A stretch of DNA of 64,000 bases from Planctomycetota bacterium (GTDB taxonomy: Bacteria > Planctomycetota > B15-G4). The position numbers and the translations under genes are program-made. This document shows positions 1-9,256 of the stretch, in pieces. Location: positions 5,120,001 to 5,184,000 of the forward strand of contig CBDFJQ010000002.1 of assembly GCA_965248575.1 (NCBI GenBank), written 5' to 3'. Every line of letters begins with the position of its first letter. The stretch's first letter is position 1. The notes under the pieces are model-generated. The model had not been told where the DNA came from. It saw only the letters and a list, made by a program, of their open reading frames with translations, and did no database searches.

Positions 1-264
1 CTTCGGATAGATGAGGACCGACCCCCCGGGATCAGTCACCCATCGCGCTGCACGGCAGGATCGGGCCTTCCGTACAACTCCTCACACCAAGACATGCGCA
101 GTCGAGGGCGCCGGAGGTTCACAAAGTCTTGGAAATTCGCAATTGAGCCCGAATGCGGCGGAAATTGGGCCGGGATCGGGCCTCCAGCGCCCAGGACTCC
201 GTGTAGAATCGCTCTCTGGCGGAACACCCCGATCCCGCCTTTCGACCGACCCCGAGCGCCCCGC

Positions 265-918
265 GTGTCTACGGCCTCCACCGACGTCACCCGACTGATG
301 CACCGCGTCCAAGGCGGGGACGAATCGGCTCGCCGGGATCTTTGGACCCTTCTCTACGGCGAACTCAGGCGGCTGGCCGCGGGCAAGATGTCAGCGGAGC
401 GAGGTGCCCACACACTGGAGCCCACCGCGCTCGTGCATGAGGCATGGTTGCGACTCGCGGGTGATGAGCAGCTCACGCTCGAGAACCGGGGCCACTTCTT
501 CGGCGTTGCGGCCGAGGCCATGCGCCGGATCCTGGTGGACCACGCCCGGCGGCGGGGTGCCCAGCGGCGCGGAGGTGGGTTGCAACGGATCGATCTGGCC
601 GAGGGCGTTGAGCGCCTCGAAGGAGACATCGCGCGCCGGAGCCTGGACCGCTTGGGTCCGGGGGGGGCGACATCCGCTGCCCAGATCGAGGATGTGGATG
701 CCGCCTTGAACCGTTTGGAACAGACCGGCAAACACGAGCGTAAGTGCCAAGTGGTGAAGCTGAGATTCTTCGTCGGCCTGACCAATGAGCAGGCCGCCGA
801 GGTGATTAGCGCCTCTGTGTCCTCGGTCAAGCGGGACTGGGAATTTGCAAAGGCCTGGCTGACGCGTGAGATAGCGCGCCACGGGCCGATCTCCGGGAGC
901 GAAAAGCGCGATGGCTGA
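265..918 (+). CDS. ECF sigma-70 factor, kinase-associated type (TIGR02999-like)
   Basis: Motifs DVTRLM..LYGELRRLAA..HTLEPTALVHEAWLRL..AMRRILVDHARRR and region 4 VVKLRFFVGLT..VKRDWEFAKAWL. In-frame GTG at 265 preferred over the ORF start at 94. The stop overlaps the kinase start. Confidence 0.92.
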   Translation: MSTASTDVTRLMHRVQGGDESARRDLWTLLYGELRRLAAGKMSAERGAHTLEPTALVHEAWLRLAGDEQLTLENRGHFFGVAAEAMRRILVDHARRRGAQRRGGGLQRIDLAEGVERLEGDIARRSLDRLGPGGATSAAQIEDVDAALNRLEQTGKHERKCQVVKLRFFVGLTNEQAAEVISASVSSVKRDWEFAKAWLTREIARHGPISGSEKRDG

Positions 919-3900
919 AGATCGAGACGAGCTGCTTGAGGCTCTGTTCCACGAAGCCTTGGCTTTCACGGGGGATGAACGTGTTCGCTACGTGCGGAAC
1001 CAATGTGCTGGCGATCCCGGGCTCGCGGAGGAGTTGCAGGCGCTGCTCTCTGCTCATGAGCAGGCGGCGACGTGTTTCGAACGGCCAATGGCGACGGACG
1101 CCGAGCAGCACCTGGGGCAGCAGGCTGGTGACACGGTGGGGCCTTACCACCTCGTGCGTCCTCTGGGCGAAGGCGGCATGGGTACCGTGTTCCTGGCGCA
1201 ACAGCTGCGCCCGCTGCGCCGTGTTGTTGCCCTCAAGCTCATCAAGCCGGGCATGGACACGCGCGAGGTCGTGGCCCGCTTCGAGGCGGAACGCCAGGTC
1301 TTGGCGCAGTTGAGCCACCCACATGTTGCGGCCGTCTATGACGCGGGGATCACACCGCGCGGTCGGCCGTACTTCGCCATGGAGTATGTCCAGGGCGAGC
1401 GCATCACCCGCTACTGCGATGCGAGGAAGCTCCCTCTGCGCAAGCGGCTGCTGCTGTTCCGGGCTGTGTGCGATGCGGTGCACCACGCCCACCAGAAGGG
1501 CGTGATCCACCGGGACCTCAAGCCCAGCAACATCCTCGTCACCGAGCAGGACGGGGTGCCGGTGCCCAAGATCATCGACTTCGGCGTGGCCAAGGCGACC
1601 TTCGGCACGACCGATCGTGGCACCTTGTGCACCCGGCGCGGCCAGATCGTGGGCACGCCCTCCTACATGAGCCCCGAGCAGGCGGGTGCCACTCCAGCGG
1701 CGGTGGACACGCGAACGGACGTCTACTCCCTGGGTGTGCTGCTCAACGAGCTGCTCACGGGCTTCCTGCCCTACGATCTCGGTTCCCTGCGCGGCGCGAA
1801 GGACGACGTGGTTCGCGATAGGCTGGCCGAGGTGGAGGTGGTGCGCCCGGCACTCCGAGTTGCCTTGCTTGACCTGAGGGCGCGCAAGGCGGCAGCGCAG
1901 CGGTCTACCGAGCCGCGCGCCTTGTCACGCCAGCTGCGCGGCGACCTGGATTGGATCGTCCTGAAGGCACTCGAGCGGAACCCGGACCTCCGTTATGCGT
2001 CGGCCTCTGAGTTGGGTGCCGACGTCGCCAATCATCTTGACGGCGCGCCCGTGAGTGCCTCATCGCCCGGCGCCGTGGATCGGCTCCGGAAGTTGGTGGT
2101 GAAGCACAAGACCGCGGCGGCCTCTGCGCTCCTCTTGCTGGTGGGTGCTTTGAGTTCGCTGGCGGCCTTCGCATGGATCGAGGCCGATCGCAACGAGTCC
2201 TTGACCGTTGAGAACGCCGAGCTCCTGACGGTCCTGGATACAGAGATCAGCCAGGCCGAAGACCGTGAGGGAGAGCTCCTGGCAGCGTGCGATGCCGCGC
2301 GTGATGTGTCGGGAGAGTCCTTGCCCTACACCACCACCTTGGTGCGCAACGCTGGGACGGTTCCGCTCTTGGTGGGCCAGATCGTCGAGCTCGTCGGGGT
2401 CGCTGACCCGCACCCTTCGGGAGCGATGGTCGTGGATGTGGTTCCGGCGGTGAGCGGCTCCGGTCGGGCGCCCCTGGGTTCGCTCGATGGCCGTTGGTCG
2501 GCGGCGTCAGCGCAGGCCGACGTGGGCCAGGATGCCGACCCCAAGCATGCGCATCGCACGGCCGAGCCTGTGCTGCCGGGTGATTTCGGCGTCGCGGTGA
2601 CGCATGGTCTCTTCGCCCGGGTGCGCGTGGACGGTTCGTGCGGAGAGATCCGCGCCAACGACCCCCTGGGGGTGTCTGCGATTCCTGGTTTGGCGTGCCT
2701 CCATTCCGGTGAGGGTGCGGTGCTGGGGTTCGCTTTGGATGAATGGACGGTCAACCAGGCTGGCTTGATTCGAGCGTTCGTGTCGCCGACGCCCTATGTG
2801 CCGAGTGCGCCCATGGCCCAGCTGGATGCCTTGCGCGTTGGAGTTGCATGGCAGGGGCTGCCTCCACGCCAGGCGGCTGAGGTTGCCTCGACGAGCGGCG
2901 GTGGCTCACTTGGGACCAGTGAGGCAGAAGCCGCCGGGCTTCCGAGCAGCGTGTCTGACGAAGCACGATCCACGGAAAGCCCGGAGGTCAACGCGAGCGT
3001 GCTGGGCTCCCCTGCGGCGGCAGACGTTGCGCCGCAACCCACACTGGCCATGGCGCCACCAACGGCGGAGCAGGTCGATGGTCTGCCTCCAGAACTGACG
3101 AGCGATGACAGTGTGCCGCCCGACTCCATGGGTTCAAAGAGTGGTGGGTTGCCCACCGCCGCGATGTACATGGGTGAGTCGGTTTTAGGGGACGCCCAGG
3201 TGGTGCTCGCCACGGCATCGCCCATGGAGCTTCGTGACGGTGGGGTGGGCAAGTTCAAGCCCGGCATGGACGGCGGGGCACAGGGCTTGCCCCCGGGCAT
3301 CGGGACGGGAGACTCCAGCGGGAAGATGTTCGGAACCATCTCCGAGTCCAGCGTAGAGACGACAGGCGAGGGCGGCGGTGACGCATCCGCCGGTGACTCC
3401 GACCCTCAAGACACCCCCTTCGTGGGGCAGGGCTCGAACCTGGGCCTCGTGGAGTTGTGGGGGGATGTGAACGGGGACGGCCTGCTGGACGTCCTGACTT
3501 CCGTCACCGGGCCAGCTGGCCGCGAGCTGGTCCTGCAGAAGCACGATGCATTGGGCCGCTTCCAGGACATCACGGAGTGGTCGGGGCTGGCCGCATTCGT
3601 GTCGAAGGTGCGTCGACCCTTGGAGTGGGTCGATACCGAGGGGGACGGCGCACTCGACCTCCTGGCCTTGGGGACGGATGGCAAGCTCCTGCTGTTCCGG
3701 GGTCGTGGAACAGGGGTCTTCGATGAGGTGTCCGGGTTGGTGGGGCTCGCTTCCGCATCGAGCATCCGACAGGTCATCGTCTTCGACAGCGATAGTGATG
3801 GCGTACCGGATGTGCGCGTGCAGACGGCCGGCGACGGTCTCTTGCTGTTCAAGAATGACGGTGCTGGGCGATTCCGGCGTGTGCTCTTGAGGGCCCCGGA

Positions 3901-3967
3901 CTCGCAGCTGGATTCAGGCTCCGAGGCCTCGACGGCTTCGACGAGCCTCTCCACGCAGGGCGGCTAG
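911..3967 (+). CDS. Hanks-type Ser/Thr kinase with TM helix, beta-rich extracytoplasmic domain, low-complexity linker and FG-GAP/VCBS-like repeats
   Basis: GEGGMG, VALK, HRDLKPSN, DFG, GTPSYMSPE; hydrophobic AAASALLLLVGALSSLAAFAWI; C-terminal WGDVNGDGLLDV, WVDTEGDGALDL, FDSDSDGVPDV. Confidence 0.93.
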   Translation: MAEDRDELLEALFHEALAFTGDERVRYVRNQCAGDPGLAEELQALLSAHEQAATCFERPMATDAEQHLGQQAGDTVGPYHLVRPLGEGGMGTVFLAQQLRPLRRVVALKLIKPGMDTREVVARFEAERQVLAQLSHPHVAAVYDAGITPRGRPYFAMEYVQGERITRYCDARKLPLRKRLLLFRAVCDAVHHAHQKGVIHRDLKPSNILVTEQDGVPVPKIIDFGVAKATFGTTDRGTLCTRRGQIVGTPSYMSPEQAGATPAAVDTRTDVYSLGVLLNELLTGFLPYDLGSLRGAKDDVVRDRLAEVEVVRPALRVALLDLRARKAAAQRSTEPRALSRQLRGDLDWIVLKALERNPDLRYASASELGADVANHLDGAPVSASSPGAVDRLRKLVVKHKTAAASALLLLVGALSSLAAFAWIEADRNESLTVENAELLTVLDTEISQAEDREGELLAACDAARDVSGESLPYTTTLVRNAGTVPLLVGQIVELVGVADPHPSGAMVVDVVPAVSGSGRAPLGSLDGRWSAASAQADVGQDADPKHAHRTAEPVLPGDFGVAVTHGLFARVRVDGSCGEIRANDPLGVSAIPGLACLHSGEGAVLGFALDEWTVNQAGLIRAFVSPTPYVPSAPMAQLDALRVGVAWQGLPPRQAAEVASTSGGGSLGTSEAEAAGLPSSVSDEARSTESPEVNASVLGSPAAADVAPQPTLAMAPPTAEQVDGLPPELTSDDSVPPDSMGSKSGGLPTAAMYMGESVLGDAQVVLATASPMELRDGGVGKFKPGMDGGAQGLPPGIGTGDSSGKMFGTISESSVETTGEGGGDASAGDSDPQDTPFVGQGSNLGLVELWGDVNGDGLLDVLTSVTGPAGRELVLQKHDALGRFQDITEWSGLAAFVSKVRRPLEWVDTEGDGALDLLALGTDGKLLLFRGRGTGVFDEVSGLVGLASASSIRQVIVFDSDSDGVPDVRVQTAGDGLLLFKNDGAGRFRRVLLRAPDSQLDSGSEASTASTSLSTQGG

Positions 3968-3973
3968 GACGCC

Positions 3974-6691
3974 GTGAACCTGGTGGGCGACGGTGACGAA
4001 GAGCCACTGGGAGACATGTCCGAGGCGGAGCGCGCCTTCGCGGAATACCTCGCCCTCAGCCAAGAGGGTGAGGTCGACTTCGAGTCGTTTTGTGCCCAGC
4101 GTCCGTCCATCGCCCGTGAGCTTCGAGTGCTCAATGACCGCTGGAAGGGGCTGCAGAATTTCCTCGGTTCGATCCTCGGCAAGTCACAGCTGCAGAACTC
4201 ACTGTCACAGCTGCTGCATCGAGGTGGCCCCAAGTCCGACGGCAACGACGGTGACGATTCGGACCAGCCCAGCGACGGCTCGGCGGTCGGATCGTCGGAC
4301 CACGACCCCTTGGAGACCCTGCACGATCTGGCCGCACACGGTGCGTCCGTGCGGAGGTATCGCGTGGACAAGGGAATCCCGCTCGGCAAGGGTGGGATGG
4401 GAACGGTCCAGCGGGTCTGGGACAGGAACCTGCGTCGTTGGGTCGTGCGCAAGGTGCTGGATCGAGGGCCGACTCCTGATGGCGTGGAGGACCTGACGGG
4501 AAAGGTCGACTTCGAGGAGGCGTTCCGTTCCAACCCTGACTCCAGCTCGTCCCCCGGTTCCGGGTTGCTCGTGTCGGAGGCGCCCGCCGAACAGGAGACG
4601 ACCGCGGAGCGGGAGCGGCGAGCGCTGGCGCGCTTTCTCGACGAAGCGCTGGTCACGGGTCAGTTGGACCACCCAGGAATCGTGCCAGTGCACGAACTTG
4701 GCGTCACGGAAGGAGGGCGCGCCTACTTCACCATGAAGATGGTGGCGGGCGATGACCTGCGTTTCATTCTCGACCGCCTCGCTGCGGGTGCGACCGACTG
4801 GACCGTCAATCGCATCGTGGGCGTGTTGCGGAGGGTGTGTGAGTCTGTGGCCTACGCGCACAGCAAGGGCGTGCTGCACAGGGACATCAAGCCTGCGAAC
4901 ATCATGGTGGGGCGATTCGGTGAGGCCTACCTCATGGACTGGGGGCTCGCCCGGATCGGTGAGGTGCAAGAGCCAGCCATGGACCGGGCGACGTCCTCCC
5001 CGAAGGTCGGCAAGTCAGCCCCGGCGTCAAGCCCCGTCGTGGGCTCGGATGCCTGCCTCTACACCTACGACGGGGAGTTGTTGGGTACACCTGTCTACAT
5101 GTCACCCGAGCAGGCTGCGGGTGATGTGGCCGATATCGATGAACGCAGCGACGTCTACTCTCTCGGCGCCATCCTCTACCAGGCGTTGACCTCCCACCTG
5201 CCCTTCGTGGGCCGTGATGAGAGGCCGGTGCCTTTCGAGGTGGTGATGCGCGTGCGGCGTGGGGCGCCTCAGCGCGTCAGCGAGCTGGCACCGCACGCGC
5301 CCTTGGGTCTCGTGGAGATCTGCGAACGAGCAATGGCTCGGGAGTCCTCTGCTCGCTTCCAGAGCGCGGAGGAGTTGGCGGCGGAGCTGGGCAACTACCT
5401 CGAGGACATCAGCGAAGACCGCGAAGAGGCGCGTCGTCAGGCCCGCCGCGCGGAGATGATCAACGAGTTCTTGATGGAAGCCCTGACATCCGCAGACCCG
5501 GCAAACGCCCGCGGGAAGGAAGTCACGGTGCGAGACGTCGTGGCGCGCGCGGCGCGCCGCATCGAGCGCAGCGACAAGTCGCTGGAGGCGGTCGACTTGG
5601 CCACCCTGCACGGAACGTTGGGCACGCTGTTCGCGCACATGGGGATCAACGATCGTTCGCGCCTGCATCTCGAGCAGGCACGCGAACTCCAACGCGAGCT
5701 GTTTGGGGAGAAGGATGCCCAGTATCTGGCACTCGCCTCGGAGCTGGCGACGACGCTGCGACGGCTCGGGGACTTCAAGGAGGCCGAGCGCCTGCTGCGG
5801 GCGACGTTCAAGGCCCAGGTCGCCGAGTACGGGGTGGATGACCAGCAGACGCTCGTCACCATGGATGGCCTGGCCATGGTGCAGGAGGCTCAGAGTCGGT
5901 TGGCTGAGGCCGAAGTGCTCTACACCGACGTGTTGGCCGCGCGGCGCTCGGTCTTGGGGTCGCTCTCCCGACAGACGCTCGTGACCTTGAGCAGCCTGGG
6001 TCAGGTGATTCGGCTTCAGGGTCGCTTCGACGAGTCGGAGCAGTACCTGCGCGAAGCGGTCGCCGGGCTGCGGCAGACGCTCGGTGAAGATCACCCGTCC
6101 TCGCTCACGACCTTGGCGAACCTGGGCTGCCTCATGGTGGACATGGAGCGCTTCTCAGAAGCAGAAGCGATCAATCGAAACGTCCATCGGATCAGCTCCG
6201 ATGTTCTCGGAGCCGATCACCCGGAGACGGTGGGGGCGCTCAACAACATTGCCATGAACCTGTTCCGGCAGGGGCACCTCCATGAGGCGGAGAAGCTCCT
6301 GCGGGAAGGCCTGGAGATTCAGGAACGCTGTGAACGGCTCGATCAACCCACCACGCTCTCCATGTCGAACAATCTCGGGCTGATCCTGCTTGAACACGAA
6401 GCGTGGGATGAGGCTCTCGAGCGGTTCCAATTCGCAGTGTCCGGTGCCGAGACGCTGTTGGGCGAGGACAACCGGGTGACCGCACGCTTCCGGCATCACC
6501 TCGGGGTCTTGCTGTTCCGGCGCCGCAAGCTCGAGGAGGCCGAGGCCCACTTGCTCGCGGCCTTCGAGGTCTTGCAGCGTCGCCGATCCCAGAACGAGGC
6601 CTGGGCCTCGGAGGCGGCCTCGGCTCTCTCCGCGCTGTTCGACGCCATGGGGGACGGAGAACAGGCGGAGTCCTACCGAAAGCTGGTCTGA
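3974..6691 (+). CDS. Hanks-type Ser/Thr kinase with C-terminal kinesin-light-chain-type TPR array
   Basis: GKGGMG, VVRK, HRDIKPAN, DWG, GTPVYMSPE; repeated ~42-aa units such as LGEDHPSSLTTLANLG and LGADHPETVGALNNIA. Confidence 0.93.
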   Translation: MNLVGDGDEEPLGDMSEAERAFAEYLALSQEGEVDFESFCAQRPSIARELRVLNDRWKGLQNFLGSILGKSQLQNSLSQLLHRGGPKSDGNDGDDSDQPSDGSAVGSSDHDPLETLHDLAAHGASVRRYRVDKGIPLGKGGMGTVQRVWDRNLRRWVVRKVLDRGPTPDGVEDLTGKVDFEEAFRSNPDSSSSPGSGLLVSEAPAEQETTAERERRALARFLDEALVTGQLDHPGIVPVHELGVTEGGRAYFTMKMVAGDDLRFILDRLAAGATDWTVNRIVGVLRRVCESVAYAHSKGVLHRDIKPANIMVGRFGEAYLMDWGLARIGEVQEPAMDRATSSPKVGKSAPASSPVVGSDACLYTYDGELLGTPVYMSPEQAAGDVADIDERSDVYSLGAILYQALTSHLPFVGRDERPVPFEVVMRVRRGAPQRVSELAPHAPLGLVEICERAMARESSARFQSAEELAAELGNYLEDISEDREEARRQARRAEMINEFLMEALTSADPANARGKEVTVRDVVARAARRIERSDKSLEAVDLATLHGTLGTLFAHMGINDRSRLHLEQARELQRELFGEKDAQYLALASELATTLRRLGDFKEAERLLRATFKAQVAEYGVDDQQTLVTMDGLAMVQEAQSRLAEAEVLYTDVLAARRSVLGSLSRQTLVTLSSLGQVIRLQGRFDESEQYLREAVAGLRQTLGEDHPSSLTTLANLGCLMVDMERFSEAEAINRNVHRISSDVLGADHPETVGALNNIAMNLFRQGHLHEAEKLLREGLEIQERCERLDQPTTLSMSNNLGLILLEHEAWDEALERFQFAVSGAETLLGEDNRVTARFRHHLGVLLFRRRKLEEAEAHLLAAFEVLQRRRSQNEAWASEAASALSALFDAMGDGEQAESYRKLV

Positions 6692-6724
6692 GCGCTCGTG
6701 GGAGTCGCCCGGGAACTCCGGGCC

Positions 6725-8377
6725 TTACGGGACATCGCCAAGGATGGCATCGGAACGGGCGACACCGTTCGTTGCATCCGCGTCCACGACGTAGAACTGG
6801 TAGTAGATCGCCATCCCTGAGAGCCCGTTGGGCTGCAGGTACGTGTGGGAGAGGGTTCCGGTGGATGTCGTGACCAAGGAGTCCACGAGAACCTCGGGAA
6901 CGGGAATCAGTTCGCCGGTTTGGCTATCGAGGAAGAGGGCCGAGCCGATGACCAGCGTGGCCGGAGCATTTGGCTTTGCGTCCTTTAGCGTCAGGAGGAC
7001 ATCGGTGCCAGCCAGGAGTTCGCCTTCACCGTCGATGCTGGGGGTGACACCGTTGAGACCTGCGACACCACCACCGAGTGATTCCCAGCGGGTGAGGCTG
7101 AGGATCATCGCGCTGCCGGCGTTGTTTGCTGAGACGTCGGACTGACAGGCAGCCACTCCGATATCGGGCTTGCCATCACCGGAGATGTCGCCTACGAAGC
7201 AGGCGCTGGACCCGAACCGATCACCCGCTGCGGAGCCGCTGAGTTGCTGGAGCATGGCACCGTTGGCTCCCGAATAGACCCGGAGCATCCCCGAGTCAGT
7301 TCCGTTGAGATCGCTCATCGAGGCGCCCACGGCGAAGTCGGGAACTCCATCTCCGTCCAGGTCACCCGACCCGGCGACGGAACTTCCGAAACCGTTGCCG
7401 ACCAAACCACTCACTGAGTGAAGGATGGCTCCGTCCTTTCCAGAGAGGACGTACACGTAGCCCGGCGCTGTCGGTTCTCCCATGCCATCACGAGGGTCGC
7501 TGGAAACGATGTAGTCCGACTGTCCGTCGCTGTTCATGTCGCCAACGGCTTCGATCTTGTGTCCAAGCCGGTCCCATGGGGCACCGCCCATGATGTTCTG
7601 GACGGTCGTCAGGGTCGCCGGGTTGAACAAGCGAACGTAGCCGGAGTCACCATCCGTCTCGCCTTGGGTCGCGCCAATCAGGACACCCGCGTCGGGGTCG
7701 GAGAAACCCATGCTCGAGTCCATGCCGGAGACCGAGCTGCCAAAGAGATCACCCGAACCAGAACCGTCGAGCCGGAACAGCTCGCTGCCATCAGCTCCGG
7801 AGAACCCGTAAGCGGAGCCGGAGTGGAAGCCCGCAGGGCTTTCCAGGGGGGCGCCGACAAGGACATCCAGGATGCCATCGCCATCCAGATCGCCCGCGGC
7901 TGAGATGGCTGACCCGAAGCCGCCGCCCGGGACACTCCCCTGCAAGGAGAAGAGCTCGGCCCCGCTACCGCCAGAGATGATGCGAACCTGGCCTGGAGAG
8001 CTGGCATGGCCCAGCCCGGGAGCGCCGAGCGCGACGTCGTCGAAGCCGTCCTGATCGAGATCCCCGACGCCCGCGACGCTTCGCCCGAGTTGCTCATTCG
8101 GTGCACCGCCAAACACCTCCAACAGCGTGGAGCCGTCAGCGCCGGAGACGACCCAGGCGCGGCCAGCGTCGAGACCCGTGGTGCTGTCTCGCCATGAACC
8201 GAACAGCACATCGCCGACGCCATCGCCATTGACGTCGCCGGCGTAGGCCATGGCGCCGAGTTGCTCCCCCGGGGAGCTACCGGTGACTTCGAGAACGAGG
8301 TTTCCGGCAAGCGCAGTTGCCGGGAGGAACGCCGCCGCAATCAGGGCGGACAGGATGCTGCTTTTGGGGCTATGCAT
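6725..8377 (-). CDS. Secreted FG-GAP/integrin-alpha seven-bladed beta-propeller with ~120-aa C-terminal domain
   Basis: Signal peptide MHSPKSSILSALIAAAFLPATALA (ATG 8377). Seven FG..GDxxGDGxxD-type repeats, the fourth degenerate. Confidence 0.88.
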   Translation of the reverse strand: MHSPKSSILSALIAAAFLPATALAGNLVLEVTGSSPGEQLGAMAYAGDVNGDGVGDVLFGSWRDSTTGLDAGRAWVVSGADGSTLLEVFGGAPNEQLGRSVAGVGDLDQDGFDDVALGAPGLGHASSPGQVRIISGGSGAELFSLQGSVPGGGFGSAISAAGDLDGDGILDVLVGAPLESPAGFHSGSAYGFSGADGSELFRLDGSGSGDLFGSSVSGMDSSMGFSDPDAGVLIGATQGETDGDSGYVRLFNPATLTTVQNIMGGAPWDRLGHKIEAVGDMNSDGQSDYIVSSDPRDGMGEPTAPGYVYVLSGKDGAILHSVSGLVGNGFGSSVAGSGDLDGDGVPDFAVGASMSDLNGTDSGMLRVYSGANGAMLQQLSGSAAGDRFGSSACFVGDISGDGKPDIGVAACQSDVSANNAGSAMILSLTRWESLGGGVAGLNGVTPSIDGEGELLAGTDVLLTLKDAKPNAPATLVIGSALFLDSQTGELIPVPEVLVDSLVTTSTGTLSHTYLQPNGLSGMAIYYQFYVVDADATNGVARSDAILGDVP

Positions 8378-8491
8378 GCCATTTGCCGGCGAGGCCGTGC
8401 CGGCGTCCTTTCTTCGAGTGAACCGCGGCCGAATTGGGCTCACGGTTGGATCATGGTGTGTGAGGTGGCTTGTTGAAGCGCCGCGAGCTCG

Positions 8492-9256
8492 TCAGCCGCC
8501 GGCCAGGCGACGTGCTGAATCGATGGCTCGCGAAAGCGCTTTGCGCGCTGCTTCGTATGTGAGATCCAACGCCGTCGCGATGTCCTCGATCGATGCACCC
8601 TTCAGGTGCAGCGACAGGATTCGCGCCTCCCGTTCCTTCATGCGCAGAAGGATGAGGATGTAACGCTCGCGTTGTTCTCTCTTGATGCTGTGGCCCACGG
8701 GTTGAGCCTCTTCCATGCCCACGGACTCGAGCTCTTGCTCGTCCGGCATGGGAACGCGCAGATCTTCCGCCCGGGAACGGGAACGGAAGCCACGGACCTT
8801 GTCCTTCACCTTCCAGTCCATGCGCTGCTGGAACAGTTCATGGAACTGCCCACGCGTCTCGAACTTGAGACCGGCCAACTTTCCCCAGATGTCGCCGAAC
8901 ACGCTGTCGACGAGATCGCCCGTGTCGAGATAACGCCTCAGGCCCGAGCTACTGGGCAGGGTCTTGGACCCCATCTTCATCATCCGCAGCATGAAGTAGG
9001 CTGCGAATTCGTCGCCCACCTTGCGGTTGCTGCGCAGGATCCTGTGCATCTCCGCCAGCACGGCGTCTTCGAGTTCGGCACCTTCCTCGTGGCGGGTCAT
9101 CGCGGCCTGCATCAGCTCACCCGTCTCGAGGGCCGTGGCGCTCGCAGGGCCCAAGCAGGAGAGCGCAAATCCCCGAGCGGCGTTCTCACGCCCAGCAAGA
9201 TCCAGATCTGCGGATCTTGGGGTCAGCGGAGTCTGTCTACGGCTGCTTTCGGGCAT
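8492..9256 (-). CDS. ECF sigma-70 factor with N-terminal extension (planctomycete TIGR02984-like)
   Basis: LRRYLDTGDLVDSVF..FETRGQF..WKVKDKVR (region 2) and EREARILSLHLKGASIEDIATALDLTYEAARKALSRA (region 4 HTH). Start at ATG 9256 is uncertain. Confidence 0.8.
   Translation of the reverse strand: MPESSRRQTPLTPRSADLDLAGRENAARGFALSCLGPASATALETGELMQAAMTRHEEGAELEDAVLAEMHRILRSNRKVGDEFAAYFMLRMMKMGSKTLPSSSGLRRYLDTGDLVDSVFGDIWGKLAGLKFETRGQFHELFQQRMDWKVKDKVRGFRSRSRAEDLRVPMPDEQELESVGMEEAQPVGHSIKREQRERYILILLRMKEREARILSLHLKGASIEDIATALDLTYEAARKALSRAIDSARRLAGG

Noticed and set aside
131..166. GGAAATT twice (131 and 160) upstream of ECF1 as a promoter
   Set aside because: Short motif with no recognisable -10 partner; cannot be supported without TSS data.
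2327..2788. Prophage remnant
   Set aside because: The phage-like domain is in frame within an intact kinase; no integrase, terminase or other phage genes are nearby.
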